A stretch of DNA of 53,859 bases, taken from contig JBEIJY010000015.1 of the NCBI GenBank assembly GCA_040380025.1, positions 1-53,859 on the forward strand, given 5' to 3'. This DNA is from Bdellovibrionales bacterium. Lineage in GTDB: Bacteria; Bdellovibrionota; UBA1018; CAIMNF01. The notes under the pieces were generated by a model. That model was not told the DNA's origin. It did not search any database and was given only the letters and a program-made list of their open reading frames with translations. This document shows, one piece after another, positions 1-9,675 of this stretch. Each line of letters opens with the position of its first letter. Position 1 is the first letter of the stretch. A program made the translations under genes and the position numbers.

Positions 1-680
1 ACCGCAAGGCTCATGGCATCGAGATCGACCGATAAAAGCACGATGTCTGATTTTTTCGAAAGAGCGGCCAGAGCAGACTTGAACGCCGGAACCGCGCGGC
101 CGCCTCGGAGTCGCTCGAACGGAACCGTTTGGATTTTCTTTTTTTTGGCATACTCCCAAAGCTCGGCAGCGTTGCAGTGATTTTGAATTCCGAACTCGAT
201 CAAACGGCGGGGATCGAGAATGTCCTCCTCAATGAGACGCCGAAACGGCGCTCCGCTCGTCATGACCGGGAACGGATCGCGAAGATCAAAGTGCGCATCG
301 AGATTCAGGCACGCGAGTTTCTTTTTCGGTCCGAGCTCCTCGACCACTGCCTTGACCCAGGGGTAGGCATAATCATGACCGCCACCCACGACCACAAGCG
401 CGTCGGTTTTTTGGTTCAACTCGCGGGTCAATTCACGGGTGAGCGCGACCGCCGTCGTGAGATTCCGCTCCAGATCAGCCCCTGTCTCGGCAAGCTCCCG
501 TCGATGCAGCGCCGAAGCGACCGGAGTTCTTCCCCGGAGCTTCATGAAAAATTCCCAAAACCTCGCCGGCCCTTCTGCGGCCCCGGGCCGTCCATTCACA
601 TTCCGGATGCCGAGGTCGTCGGGGTATCCTGCCACGCTGAACTTTCCGAGTCGGAAATTGCCTAACCCGTGCTTTTCCAT
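1..680 (-). CDS. hutG: Formimidoylglutamase (arginase family), truncated at window edge
   Basis: Not in the ORF track because it has no stop in the window. Manual translation from ATG at 680 gives MEKHGLG...GYPDDLGIRNVNGRPGAAEGP...VVVGGGHDYAY...LNLDAHFDLR...TSGAPFRR...EFGIQ...SVDLDA, which are ureohydrolase/HutG motifs. Confidence 0.88.
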   Translation of the reverse strand, partial: MEKHGLGNFRLGKFSVAGYPDDLGIRNVNGRPGAAEGPARFWEFFMKLRGRTPVASALHRRELAETGADLERNLTTAVALTRELTRELNQKTDALVVVGGGHDYAYPWVKAVVEELGPKKKLACLNLDAHFDLRDPFPVMTSGAPFRRLIEEDILDPRRLIEFGIQNHCNAAELWEYAKKKKIQTVPFERLRGGRAVPAFKSALAALSKKSDIVLLSVDLDAMSLA

Positions 681-711
681 TAAGGTTAGAGTGAACGGAA
701 AGCCCAAAAAA

Positions 712-2229
712 ATGAACTCTGAAAATGAAAAATTGTGGTTTGTGTACGTCGGCGATCACCATGAGGGACCTCTCAGCATCGAGGAGGTTTTTGTAAAAAA
801 ACAACAAGGGCATCTGACCCCCGAAAGCTATGTGTGGCGCGAGGGGATGGCCGACTGGCTCATGCTCCATCAGGTTCCCGATCTCGAATCGGCATTGAAT
901 GAATTACTTTCCGCTCCGGCCGAAGAACCCGCCCCCGTTGCGGAACAGAATCCGGCAGAAGAGAAAGCCCCGGTCGATGCGACCGGAGAACCCGCACTCG
1001 ATCCGGCAAAGACTTCGGCGGCGACTCCGGCACCCTCGTTGGCATCGATTCCGGCTTCTGCCGCCAAGGATCGAAGACCCATGGCGAAGATTCTCGTTCG
1101 CGGTCTTTTCTTGTCGGTGTTCATCGGTGCGATCGTCTCGGCCGGCGCGCTGATCGCGATCAGTCGCACTTCAAATCCATCGCTCCACGAACGCGCCCGC
1201 CCGATTCTCGAGACGGCCGTGACGAGAGCACCATTTTTGCGGAACACCGTGAAGCTCGTGCCCCGGATCGCCGACATCTCGGCCTCCGATCTCGCCGAAC
1301 TCGATTCCGCCCGCACGGCTCCCATCGACTCGGGTGCGAGCATCGGGCTGGCCGTCTCGACCACCGATCCGAATCGGCCCTTCTTTTATGTGGCGAGCAA
1401 TCTGCCCAACCGTACCAAGCTCGTTCTTTTGATCATCGGAGAACCCGAGACCCTGCTGAACCGTCTGCAGTTCTCGACCCGCGCGGACATCACCCTCTCG
1501 CACGGATTCGCAAAAACCGAGACGATCCTGATGGAAGGCGGTCAGCCGATTCCGAAGGGTGAATACATGGTTTACTCCTTCGAGGCCGACACCCAGGAGG
1601 ACGAGCTGAAGGCGTCCCTCGAGGCGATCCCCGCAAGTCGGGCGCAGATCCGTCTTCCGACTGATGTGCCCGCGAGCGCGAAATTCGTATCGGCAAAGAA
1701 ATTATTCCTCGGAGGCCAGCGTGATGAGGTCTATCTGACCCGCCTGAAAGCGTTTCACGACAGCATCCGGCAAAAGGCAGAGCGAGAACTCAGCGAGCTG
1801 AAGCAATACGCCGAGACCCTGATCCTCCAGCATAATGCCCTCACCGGCGGATTCCAGAAGTTCTACCGCGCGAAAAAGCCGCAGGCGGCACTGCGATCGA
1901 AATGGAAGCAGGAAAGCGAAGCCTGGCTTCAGATCAGCGGCCAGCTCGAGCAGACCATCCAGACCTGGACTCCCGACACGCTCCAGAATGAGTTTTTTTA
2001 CGGCAAGGCCTATGAGCTGATCAAGAATGCCTATGAATCGATGCGGTCGCTGTTCCTGCTCGAAATGGAGTTTTTCGAAAAAGGCGGCGATCGCGACGCA
2101 TTCGACATCCGTCACGGAAAACTCCTGAGCGAGACCCGGCAGGCGCTCGACCTCATGCGCACGCGTACGGAAGTGCTCTTCAAGGCGCCGAAGACCGCGG
2201 GCGGGCTGCCATCGAGGGAGGGGCTATGA
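712..2229 (+). CDS. GYF_2 (DUF4339) domain membrane protein
   Basis: N-terminal WFVYVGDHHEGPLS...YVWREGMADW is a GYF_2 pattern, followed by a Pro/Ala linker, one TM helix and a large C-terminal domain. Start at ATG 712 chosen because the 439 extension overlaps hutG. Confidence 0.8.
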   Translation: MNSENEKLWFVYVGDHHEGPLSIEEVFVKKQQGHLTPESYVWREGMADWLMLHQVPDLESALNELLSAPAEEPAPVAEQNPAEEKAPVDATGEPALDPAKTSAATPAPSLASIPASAAKDRRPMAKILVRGLFLSVFIGAIVSAGALIAISRTSNPSLHERARPILETAVTRAPFLRNTVKLVPRIADISASDLAELDSARTAPIDSGASIGLAVSTTDPNRPFFYVASNLPNRTKLVLLIIGEPETLLNRLQFSTRADITLSHGFAKTETILMEGGQPIPKGEYMVYSFEADTQEDELKASLEAIPASRAQIRLPTDVPASAKFVSAKKLFLGGQRDEVYLTRLKAFHDSIRQKAERELSELKQYAETLILQHNALTGGFQKFYRAKKPQAALRSKWKQESEAWLQISGQLEQTIQTWTPDTLQNEFFYGKAYELIKNAYESMRSLFLLEMEFFEKGGDRDAFDIRHGKLLSETRQALDLMRTRTEVLFKAPKTAGGLPSREGL

Positions 2230-2600
2230 GCAAGACCGAGAAAAGACGGGTCCGGAGACGCGAGATCCTCGAGCGATTTTCGTTTCATGTGTGCGTGCCG
2301 AAACTGGGCTTCGCGCGGCATCAGGTGCGGGACATCAGCGAGCTCGGAATCGGATTTGAAATCGAGACCTTTGGCGAGTTCCGTCTCGATGCGGGGGAGA
2401 TCTGCGAATTGCGGTTTTACCTGAATCCCTCGCTGTTTCTGACCCTCTCGATCGAGGTGGTCCGGCAAAAAGACCATGGCGCCATCCAGGAAGTGGGCGC
2501 GGTGTTCGCGGAACAGCAGAGCGGGCAGTACTCGGCCTTCGTCACGCTCGTGAAGCTGGTCGATCAGCTCGCCATCTCAGGCGCGGCCGAAGACCACTAG
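2226..2600 (+). CDS. PilZ-domain protein
   Basis: KRRVRRR followed by DISELGIG (RxxxR and DxSxxG c-di-GMP motifs). ATGA overlap with the upstream gene. Confidence 0.75.
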   Translation: MSKTEKRRVRRREILERFSFHVCVPKLGFARHQVRDISELGIGFEIETFGEFRLDAGEICELRFYLNPSLFLTLSIEVVRQKDHGAIQEVGAVFAEQQSGQYSAFVTLVKLVDQLAISGAAEDH

Positions 2601-3052
2601 AACGAACCGAAGCCGACATTGCCGGAGTCTTTTTCGGAGATCTCGGCGAAGGCTCGCAAGAACTGCACGAACCTCTGCCAGGCGCCACTCGTTCTCTGTG
2701 CGGGCTTCACCAGGCAACCATAGCGCACGTAGCGGCTTCCGTTTTCGATGGTGGGCCGGGTGTTCTTCACCTCGACCTGGATCTCCATGAAGCTGTCCTC
2801 GCTGAAGTACATGCGGATCGTGACATCATCGCTCTTCGAGGGCCAGTTCCTGCCGGAGTCGTAGGGAACCTGGATTCCAAGCCCCTCCTCGCTCACGTCG
2901 GTCAGGTCGATCCGGAGCATCTTCCCCGGCTCGGTCATGCCGTACACTCCGACCAGATGATCGAAAAAGATCCGCTCGGTCCTGCGCTTCTTCTCTTCCT
3001 GCTTGCGGTTCCGGAACTGGTCGAGATTGATGATGTCGTCACGATCCTTCAT
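2597..3052 (-). CDS. PilZ-domain protein
   Basis: KKRRTERI...DLTDVSEEGLG motifs. SD AGGAG lies 7 nt before ATG 3052. Confidence 0.75.
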   Translation of the reverse strand: MKDRDDIINLDQFRNRKQEEKKRRTERIFFDHLVGVYGMTEPGKMLRIDLTDVSEEGLGIQVPYDSGRNWPSKSDDVTIRMYFSEDSFMEIQVEVKNTRPTIENGSRYVRYGCLVKPAQRTSGAWQRFVQFLRAFAEISEKDSGNVGFGSF

Positions 3053-3074
3053 GGTGGATCTCCTCTCACTACCC

Positions 3075-3101
3075 CTTTCGGAGGACACGGGGGTTTTCTG
3101 A
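3075..3101 (-). promoter_or_regulatory. Putative sigma28 (FliA) promoter of the PilZ gene
   Basis: TCAGA-N14-TCCGAAAG on the minus strand, similar to TAAAG-N14-GCCGATAA. Confidence 0.5.
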
Positions 3102-3119
3102 ATGGGCAATCTTTTCAGC

Positions 3120-3146
3120 TCGAGTCCGGCGGGCATCGGCCGATCA
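3120..3146 (+). promoter_or_regulatory. Putative sigma28 (FliA) promoter of the small-protein pair
   Basis: TCGAG-N14-GCCGATCA. Confidence 0.55.
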
Positions 3147-3203
3147 GGGAATTGTGCGGGGGATGAGCCCCGCGAAACCACCAAACCCGAGAGGAACGAC
3201 ACG

Positions 3204-3401
3204 ATGAGCGCAAAGAACGGAAACAAGCAAACCAACCGCGAGATGGATGTCGAAGTGCTGTATCAAAAACTTGGCGATCGCTGGTTCGCCTTTTCTCTGG
3301 TCGAAGGCGAGGTCTTCATGTCGCCCGTGTCGGACGAAGTGATCCAAGGGATCCGCTCTCCCGGAAACACCCAGGAATCCGGAACGGATGAAACAGCATA
3401 A
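3204..3401 (+). CDS. Small hypothetical protein (65 aa)
   Basis: SD GAGAGGA upstream of ATG 3204. Compact beta-rich core VEVLYQKLGDRWFAFSLVEGEVF. Confidence 0.7.
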   Translation: MSAKNGNKQTNREMDVEVLYQKLGDRWFAFSLVEGEVFMSPVSDEVIQGIRSPGNTQESGTDETA

Positions 3402-3564
3402 GGTGCCCTTGCGGCCCGCAAAGCCTCCCTCCCGCAAGGAACTCGAGGAACAGACGCGCCAGATTGCCGAACGGATCGTCAAGAATCCCGCCAAGGCCGC
3501 GCGGGTGTTCGAGCAGTGGCTGAAAAACGCCGATTCCGGAAAGAAAAAGAAGGACGCGGCCTAA
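3388..3564 (+). CDS. Small basic protein (58 aa) resembling the FliF C-terminal helix
   Basis: Below the ORF-track cutoff. Translation MKQHKVPLRPAKPPSRKELEEQTRQIAERIVKNPAKAARVFEQWLKNADSGKKKKDAA*. It overlaps the end of the previous ORF and has typical codon usage. Confidence 0.65.
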   Translation: MKQHKVPLRPAKPPSRKELEEQTRQIAERIVKNPAKAARVFEQWLKNADSGKKKKDAA

Positions 3565-3689
3565 TTATTTAAATAAAAACAATTTACTTGAGCAAATCCG
3601 GCGTTTTTGCTTGCAGCCCCTTCCAGGGCTCCCGTAAACTAAGAAAACGGGCGCAGGAAGTGCCCGGATTTTGGAGAAAGCGGTTCCCG

Positions 3690-3899
3690 ATGATGAAGTG
3701 GATCCTCGTTCTGATCGCAAGCTCAGGCCTGACCTCAGGCCTCTCCTCTCGTGCCAGCCCGTTCGGAGACCCCTCTGACGGCAATCGCATCACCGAGCCC
3801 GAGCTCCGGGACTATGTCCGTGCCGAACGGACTCCCGGCTTCTCGCCGCTCACCGGCGTCGTCGATTCGAACGGCGACCCCGCGAATGAATCGGATTGA
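3690..3899 (+). CDS. Small putative secreted protein
   Basis: MMKWILVLIASSGL... signal-like N-terminus, GGAG SD, and an upstream TTGCAG-N18-TAAACT promoter-like site. Confidence 0.5.
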   Translation: MMKWILVLIASSGLTSGLSSRASPFGDPSDGNRITEPELRDYVRAERTPGFSPLTGVVDSNGDPANESD

Positions 3900-3902
3900 T
3901 TC

Positions 3903-4319
3903 TTATTTTTTCTCGATTTGAATCGCAAAGCGGGTCAGCCCCGCACTCTTGATCAGATCCATCACCTGCACGACATCGCCATGCCTGGACTCCTGATCGG
4001 CGCTGATCACGGCCTGCGCGTTCGGATTCGACGCCAGGATCGACTTGATCTCGTCGACGAGATTCGCAACCGGAACCACTTTCTCCATCACCCGCACGGT
4101 CCCCGCCTTGTCGATCTCGATGCTGACCGCCTGCGAGGCGGATTTCTCGCCCGTGCTCGCCTTCGGCAGATTCACCGACATCTGTTCGCGCACGAGCATG
4201 GGCGCCGTGACCATGAAGATCACCAAAAGAACCAGAACCACGTCGACAAACGGGGTCACGTTGATCTCGGAGATCGCGGGCATTTCGTCATCGTTGTTGT
4301 TGAGCGAACCGCCGGCCAT
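3903..4319 (-). CDS. exbD: ExbD/TolR family biopolymer transport protein
   Basis: EINVTPFVDVVLVLLVIFMVTAP motif with the conserved TM Asp. ExbD versus TolR cannot be resolved. Confidence 0.9.
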   Translation of the reverse strand: MAGGSLNNNDDEMPAISEINVTPFVDVVLVLLVIFMVTAPMLVREQMSVNLPKASTGEKSASQAVSIEIDKAGTVRVMEKVVPVANLVDEIKSILASNPNAQAVISADQESRHGDVVQVMDLIKSAGLTRFAIQIEKK

Positions 4320-4925
4320 TCACTTCACCACTTTCGAAATGTACAGATCGCGCATCGCGCCCGCTTCGAGCGTGGCGTTGCGGAGCTTCTGGCCGAAATG
4401 GTTGTAGGCGATCGCCGCCGGAACGGCGACGAAGATCCCGATCGCAGTGGTGACCAGCGCTTCGGCAAGACCGAACATCACGGCGTTCATGGCCGATCCC
4501 TGCTGGGACGAAAGGATGCCGAAGCTCTGGATGATTCCGAGCACGGTCCCGAGGAGACCGATGAAGGCGGCGTTCGAGGCCATGGTGGCCAGAAAACTCA
4601 GCCCCTTCTCGAGCTTGATTTTTTGTTCGATCACGTAACTTTGCACGGCGCGATCGATCGACTCGCTGTCTTTCGATCCGGCCCCGAGCGCCGAGAGCAC
4701 GGCTCCCGCAAGAAACGACGGATTCGATTCGGCCCAGGATTTCAAAAGCTCTCCGTTGCCGGTGGCGATCATGCGCTTCAGCTCGTCCAGTTTTGCCGAT
4801 CCGAGCTCGCGCTTGAACACGGTCTTGCGATCGATCATCACCGCAACCGACCAGATGGAGAGAAGAAAAAGAATGAGCATGATGCCCCGGGCGCCAAGGC
4901 CCATGAGCTCGATCCAGTTCGCCAT
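4320..4925 (-). CDS. exbB: MotA/TolQ/ExbB proton channel protein
   Basis: LATMASNAAFIGLLGTVLGII...GLAEALVTTAIGIFVAVPA motifs, adjacent to exbD. Confidence 0.9.
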   Translation of the reverse strand: MANWIELMGLGARGIMLILFLLSIWSVAVMIDRKTVFKRELGSAKLDELKRMIATGNGELLKSWAESNPSFLAGAVLSALGAGSKDSESIDRAVQSYVIEQKIKLEKGLSFLATMASNAAFIGLLGTVLGIIQSFGILSSQQGSAMNAVMFGLAEALVTTAIGIFVAVPAAIAYNHFGQKLRNATLEAGAMRDLYISKVVK

Positions 4926-4963
4926 AGTAAACGCATTCTAAATGATGATAGGGTCTTTCGTAT

Positions 4964-6970
4964 ATGGAAAACGCATTTCACTCGGTGGACAGGCTCTGCA
5001 TCAACACGATCCGGACTCTCTCAATTGATGCGATTCAGAAGGCGAACTCGGGGCATCCCGGGCTTCCGCTCGGCGCGGCGCCGTTCGCGTATGTGCTGTT
5101 CCAGCGCCACCTGCGGTTCCAGCCGAAGAACCCCGGGTTTTTCAATCGCGATCGTTTCGTGCTTTCTGCGGGCCATGGGAGCATGTTGCTGTACAGCCTT
5201 TTGCACCTCTACGGCCATGACCTTCCGCTCGACGAGATCAAGGCCTTCCGCCAGCTCGGAAGCAAAACCCCGGGCCACCCCGAGGCGGGACTGACTCCCG
5301 GGGTCGAGGCCACCACAGGCCCCTTGGGCCAAGGGGCCGCAAACGCCGTGGGAATGGCGATTGCTGAGCGCAAGCTGGCCCACCTGTACAACACGCCCGC
5401 GTACACGCTGGTCGATCACTTCACCTATTGCCTCGTCGGAGACGGCGACCTGATGGAGGGCATCTCGACCGAAGCGGCGTCTCTTGCCGGACACCTGGGT
5501 CTCGGAAGACTCATCTATCTGTACGACTCGAACGACATCTCTTTGGATGGTCCGACCTCGCTCACCTTCACCGAAGACGTCGCGAAACGATACGAGAGCT
5601 ACGGATTCCAAGTGATCACCGTGAAGAACGCCGACACCGATCTCGAAGCGATCGATCGCGCAATCTCGGACGCAAAGTCCGACCTCTCGCGCCCCTCGCT
5701 GATCATCCTGAAGACCACGATCGGATACGGCTCACCCAACAAATCAGGAAAGAGCTCGGTGCACGGGTCTCCGCTCGGAGCGGACGAACTTGCCCTGACG
5801 AAACAATCCCTGGGCTGGACTCACCAGGAACCCTTTTTTGTTCCGGAAGAAGCTCGCGCGCACTTCGCGCTCGCCGTTGCACGCGGAACAGCGGCAGAGG
5901 AATCATGGAATCGGACCTTTCAGGCTTGGAGCTCGGCGAACCCAGAAAAGCGCGGCCTCTTCGAACAAGGCGCGAGTCTCGACCTGCCCGCGGACTTCGA
6001 GTCGCAACTCCCTGCGTTTCGCACGGGCGAGGACTTCGCCACGCGCGAATCGGCCGGCAAGGTGCTGAACGCGGTGGCTGCGGCTGTTCCGACCTTCTTC
6101 GGCGGTGATGCCGATCTTTCGTGTTCCACGAACACCTTGATTCGCGAGGGCGGATCGTTCGAGGGCACAACCGGTTCGGGCCGGAACATCCACTACGGCG
6201 TTCGCGAGCACGCAATGGGCGCGATCGCGAACGGCATCGCCTACCACGGCGGCCTTCGCACCTATACCGCGACCTTCTTTTGTTTCGCCGACTACATGAA
6301 GCCCGCGATCCGCCTTGCGGCGATGAATCATCTTCCCGTGACCTTCGTGTTCACCCACGATTCGATCGGGCTCGGAGAAGACGGTCCCACCCACCAGCCG
6401 GTGGAGCACTTGATGAGCCTTCGGGGGATTCCGAATCTGATCACCCTTCGGCCGGCCGATGCCTTCGAGGCGCGCGCGGCCTGGACCTTCGCGATGGAAC
6501 GCAAGAATGGTCCGGTGGCGATCGTGCTTTCGCGCCAAAAACTGAAAACCCTCGAAAGTGCGGGCGAGCATGCTCGCTCAGGTCTTTCGACAGGTGCCTA
6601 CGTGATCTCGGACCGCCCCGGATTTTCGGGCGTCGTGGTCGCGACCGGCTCCGAGGTGGGCCTTGCGCTGGATGTGCAAAAAACTCTCGATGCCGATGGA
6701 ATTCCCGTCCGCGTGGTTTCGATGCCCTCGCTTGAGCTCTTTTTGAAGCAACCCGAAGCCGTGCGCGAACGGGTGATTCCGGCGTCCTGCCGCAAAGTGG
6801 CCTCGATCGAAGCCGGAATCACGCTCGGTTGGGCCGAAATCACCGGTCGCGACGGACTACGCTTCGGCGTCGATGCGTTCGGCGCCTCGGCTCCCGCCTC
6901 GAAGATCTATGAAACCTTCGGGCTCACGGCGCCGAGGATCGCGGGAAAAATCCGGGAATGGATCCGGTAA
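4964..6970 (+). CDS. tkt: Transketolase
   Basis: [33 protein letters not shown] and [16 protein letters not shown] motifs. Confidence 0.98.
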   Translation: MENAFHSVDRLCINTIRTLSIDAIQKANSGHPGLPLGAAPFAYVLFQRHLRFQPKNPGFFNRDRFVLSAGHGSMLLYSLLHLYGHDLPLDEIKAFRQLGSKTPGHPEAGLTPGVEATTGPLGQGAANAVGMAIAERKLAHLYNTPAYTLVDHFTYCLVGDGDLMEGISTEAASLAGHLGLGRLIYLYDSNDISLDGPTSLTFTEDVAKRYESYGFQVITVKNADTDLEAIDRAISDAKSDLSRPSLIILKTTIGYGSPNKSGKSSVHGSPLGADELALTKQSLGWTHQEPFFVPEEARAHFALAVARGTAAEESWNRTFQAWSSANPEKRGLFEQGASLDLPADFESQLPAFRTGEDFATRESAGKVLNAVAAAVPTFFGGDADLSCSTNTLIREGGSFEGTTGSGRNIHYGVREHAMGAIANGIAYHGGLRTYTATFFCFADYMKPAIRLAAMNHLPVTFVFTHDSIGLGEDGPTHQPVEHLMSLRGIPNLITLRPADAFEARAAWTFAMERKNGPVAIVLSRQKLKTLESAGEHARSGLSTGAYVISDRPGFSGVVVATGSEVGLALDVQKTLDADGIPVRVVSMPSLELFLKQPEAVRERVIPASCRKVASIEAGITLGWAEITGRDGLRFGVDAFGASAPASKIYETFGLTAPRIAGKIREWIR

Positions 6971-7815
6971 GCATCCGCGAAGTTCCCCTTTCGAAAGCGC
7001 ATCCGGTGGACGCACTGGTCTCGCATGCGTTCTCGTATCCGGGCGAATCCCGGTATTTTGCTGACTTCCCCGTTTGGAATTCTGATTCGGTGACCCGTCT
7101 CGGGGCCTTTGCCGGTTCACGACTGGTGAGCCATGCGGGAATCCGCTTTGCATCGATGAAGACACCGGAGGGGCCGGTGCCGGTCGCGCTCATCGGAGCC
7201 GTTGCGACCGATTCTGCTTTCCGGGGACGGGGAATCTCTTCGATGGTGATGAAAGAGGCCTTGAAGCGCGCCGGCGATCGTGGCGCGGAGTGGACCCTGC
7301 TTTGGGGATCGGAGCTCGGATTTTACGAAAAATTCGGCTTCTCCCCCGAAGGCACCCAGGCACGGGCCCTCATTGCGGATCTTGCAATCTCGCCGCGCGA
7401 GCTCGAGAGCGGCAAGATCCGGAGTGGAATCGACGATTTGATTTTTTCTGCCCTTTTGAATCGAAAAAGCGGCCTCGCCTTCGCGCCCGAAGACAAGCCG
7501 TGGGTGACTGCGCACAAAACGGTCGAGTGGTATTGGTGCGAACAGCCCTTTGCCTATGTGGCCTACCAGCGGGGCATGGACCTGAAGAACATCATCCATG
7601 AGCACGGCGGAGATGTCGAAGGATTGAAGCGCCTGCTGTTCCATGTGTTCAAAAAGAACCCCATGGCCGAGATCCTTGGCCGGCCGTCGGAACTTCTTGC
7701 GCTCGGATTCCGACCGGATCAGTGGGTCGAAGAACCGCTCTGCCTTGCGCGTCCCCGCACCGTCGGAATGAAGTGGAATGCTTCTTTTTGGGTTTCGGGG
7801 ATTTCGGCGGTTTGA
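6958..7815 (+). CDS. GNAT family N-acetyltransferase
   Basis: [16 protein letters not shown] acetyl-CoA motif and FYEKFGF. Confidence 0.85.
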   Translation: MDPVSIREVPLSKAHPVDALVSHAFSYPGESRYFADFPVWNSDSVTRLGAFAGSRLVSHAGIRFASMKTPEGPVPVALIGAVATDSAFRGRGISSMVMKEALKRAGDRGAEWTLLWGSELGFYEKFGFSPEGTQARALIADLAISPRELESGKIRSGIDDLIFSALLNRKSGLAFAPEDKPWVTAHKTVEWYWCEQPFAYVAYQRGMDLKNIIHEHGGDVEGLKRLLFHVFKKNPMAEILGRPSELLALGFRPDQWVEEPLCLARPRTVGMKWNASFWVSGISAV

Positions 7816-7816
7816 T

Positions 7817-8497
7817 TCATGCCCTCTCGCTGAAATACCAGCGCGAAAAATAAAACATCGAAACCGCCGAACACAGGTGCCAGAGCGTGTGCCCCTTCAG
7901 CAAGTCACATGAGGGGCAGTACCAGCGAAGATCATCGGCCATGAAGAGCGCGAATCCAGCGCCGATCCAGAACACAGCCGCAAGCAAACGCGGCTGCAGG
8001 AGCCGTCCCGCATTTTGACGGGCGATCTCGATGAACCCGTACAAGAACGAGACCACGCAAAGACCGACGGTGATCACGCTCGGGCGATTGTACAAGGCGG
8101 CCGAAAGGACTGCGCCGTACAAAAGAATGAACCGGAATGTCCCCTCTTCGCGCCCTGTGAACCGGGCGATCCTTCGATGCGCGGGCACGCACACCAGGGC
8201 CATCGAAATCCCTGCCATGTCGAGCGCGATCGCGAGCTCTGACATACTGGCATGGGTGAAGAGGCTCGCAAGTCCGACAAACAGCAAACTCAAGAACCAT
8301 ACTCGCGATTCGGCGGTTTTGACCCTGCATTGGCGCCAAGCAAGAAGGGCAGCGAGGAAGTAGGCGAAAGAAGTCCAGAAGGTGGCCGGCTGGGTGATCC
8401 ACGAATCCCGGATCGGCTCACAGTTGCAGTGATCCGGCAGGCAATGGGCCCGCGCCAGGAACTCCCACCACGGGTTCGAAATCTCCATTCCGCTCAA
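7817..8497 (-). CDS. Ceramidase-like (CREST superfamily) membrane hydrolase
   Basis: Multi-TM protein with CE...QPATFWTS, SLFTH (SxxxH), a conserved D and HTLWH (HxxxH). Alternative start ATG 8488. Confidence 0.75.
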   Translation of the reverse strand: MSGMEISNPWWEFLARAHCLPDHCNCEPIRDSWITQPATFWTSFAYFLAALLAWRQCRVKTAESRVWFLSLLFVGLASLFTHASMSELAIALDMAGISMALVCVPAHRRIARFTGREEGTFRFILLYGAVLSAALYNRPSVITVGLCVVSFLYGFIEIARQNAGRLLQPRLLAAVFWIGAGFALFMADDLRWYCPSCDLLKGHTLWHLCSAVSMFYFSRWYFSERA

Positions 8498-9633
8498 CCC
8501 GGAATCTGATACGAGAACTTCGCCATCAGGGTCTTCACCTCATCCTGCTCGGCGGGCTTCAGCTTCTTCAGCGGCTTCTTGAAGAGCCACTGCGCGACCA
8601 GTTCCTCGATCGGGCGGGTTTTGGAATTCTGATCGCGGATCATCATCGGGATGCGTTCCTCGCCCGCGAGCGCCGTCAGATTCACTCCCGTCTCGACTCC
8701 GTTCCGCACGCTGATCGCCATCACGACGGGTTTCGCGCCTTCCTCGAGCTCGAGGCGAACAAGATCAAAAGGAACCTTGTGGATTTCGACCTTTCCGCTC
8801 AGCTCCTGCGGCACGGACGGACCTTTTCCGAACCCCGCGATCTTTAGCTTGAATCCCAGCTCCCCGAACTCATCATTCAGCTTGAACCAAGAGTTCGAGT
8901 CGATCTCGGTTCCCTCCAACGAAAGCGCACCGGAGGCATCGAGCTTGCCTGTGGTTTTTGCTTCAAGGCCAGAAATTCCGATCTCCCCGCCGGGAAGGAG
9001 CTTCAGCTCGAACGAGACATCTTTTCGCAGAGTGGGTTCGACCGAAGCCTGCACCACATAGTCCATTGCCTCGGTCATCGTGACCGATCGATCGTTCGCG
9101 ATCGAGAGCGCGGGGATGGTCACCCGCGCGCCCGATAAAAGGAGCACCGCACCTGCCATGCGGATCCCCCCTTCTTCGACCTGCAGATCGCGAATCACAA
9201 GACCCTCGGCCACGAGAGGACGCTCCCGTCCGGGAATTGAGATCTCAGCGCGCTCCACCACGAGTTTTTTGATCTTGAGCGGCAAGGCCATGGCGAGCAA
9301 TCGCGCATCAGGGGCCGAACCCGAAGAGAACTTCGCCTCCTTCAGATCGACCTGTTCGATCACCCGCTCCGCTCCCGCCCGGAACAACAGCGCCGGATCG
9401 TACCGGAGCTCGGCACCGGTCAGCTCGTACCTCGAATTGCCCTCGGGTTGCCGGATCGATGCCACGCGGAAGGATCCCGAGAGATCGCCCTCGAATCCCG
9501 CGGTCTCGATTCCGAATTTGTGCAAAATGCGCGAGATGGCAAGAAAGGGAACCGCCGTATGGCGGACCACGAAGTATCCGCCCCCCACCGCAAGAACCGT
9601 CACGACAACAAGGCCGATCAAAAACTTTCTCAT
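8494..9633 (-). CDS. Hypothetical membrane-anchored beta-rich protein (AsmA/TamB-like N-terminus)
   Basis: N-terminal TM anchor followed by amphipathic beta strands. Family assignment is tentative. Confidence 0.6.
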   Translation of the reverse strand: MRKFLIGLVVVTVLAVGGGYFVVRHTAVPFLAISRILHKFGIETAGFEGDLSGSFRVASIRQPEGNSRYELTGAELRYDPALLFRAGAERVIEQVDLKEAKFSSGSAPDARLLAMALPLKIKKLVVERAEISIPGRERPLVAEGLVIRDLQVEEGGIRMAGAVLLLSGARVTIPALSIANDRSVTMTEAMDYVVQASVEPTLRKDVSFELKLLPGGEIGISGLEAKTTGKLDASGALSLEGTEIDSNSWFKLNDEFGELGFKLKIAGFGKGPSVPQELSGKVEIHKVPFDLVRLELEEGAKPVVMAISVRNGVETGVNLTALAGEERIPMMIRDQNSKTRPIEELVAQWLFKKPLKKLKPAEQDEVKTLMAKFSYQIPG

Positions 9634-9675
9634 ACCTTACAGTTTGAGGGCGAATGACAGGAATGGCAAGAGCGC

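Noticed and set aside
129..711. ORF 129-665 and the 439-711 extension of the GYF_2 gene
   Set aside because: Both are antisense to hutG, which has clear family motifs.
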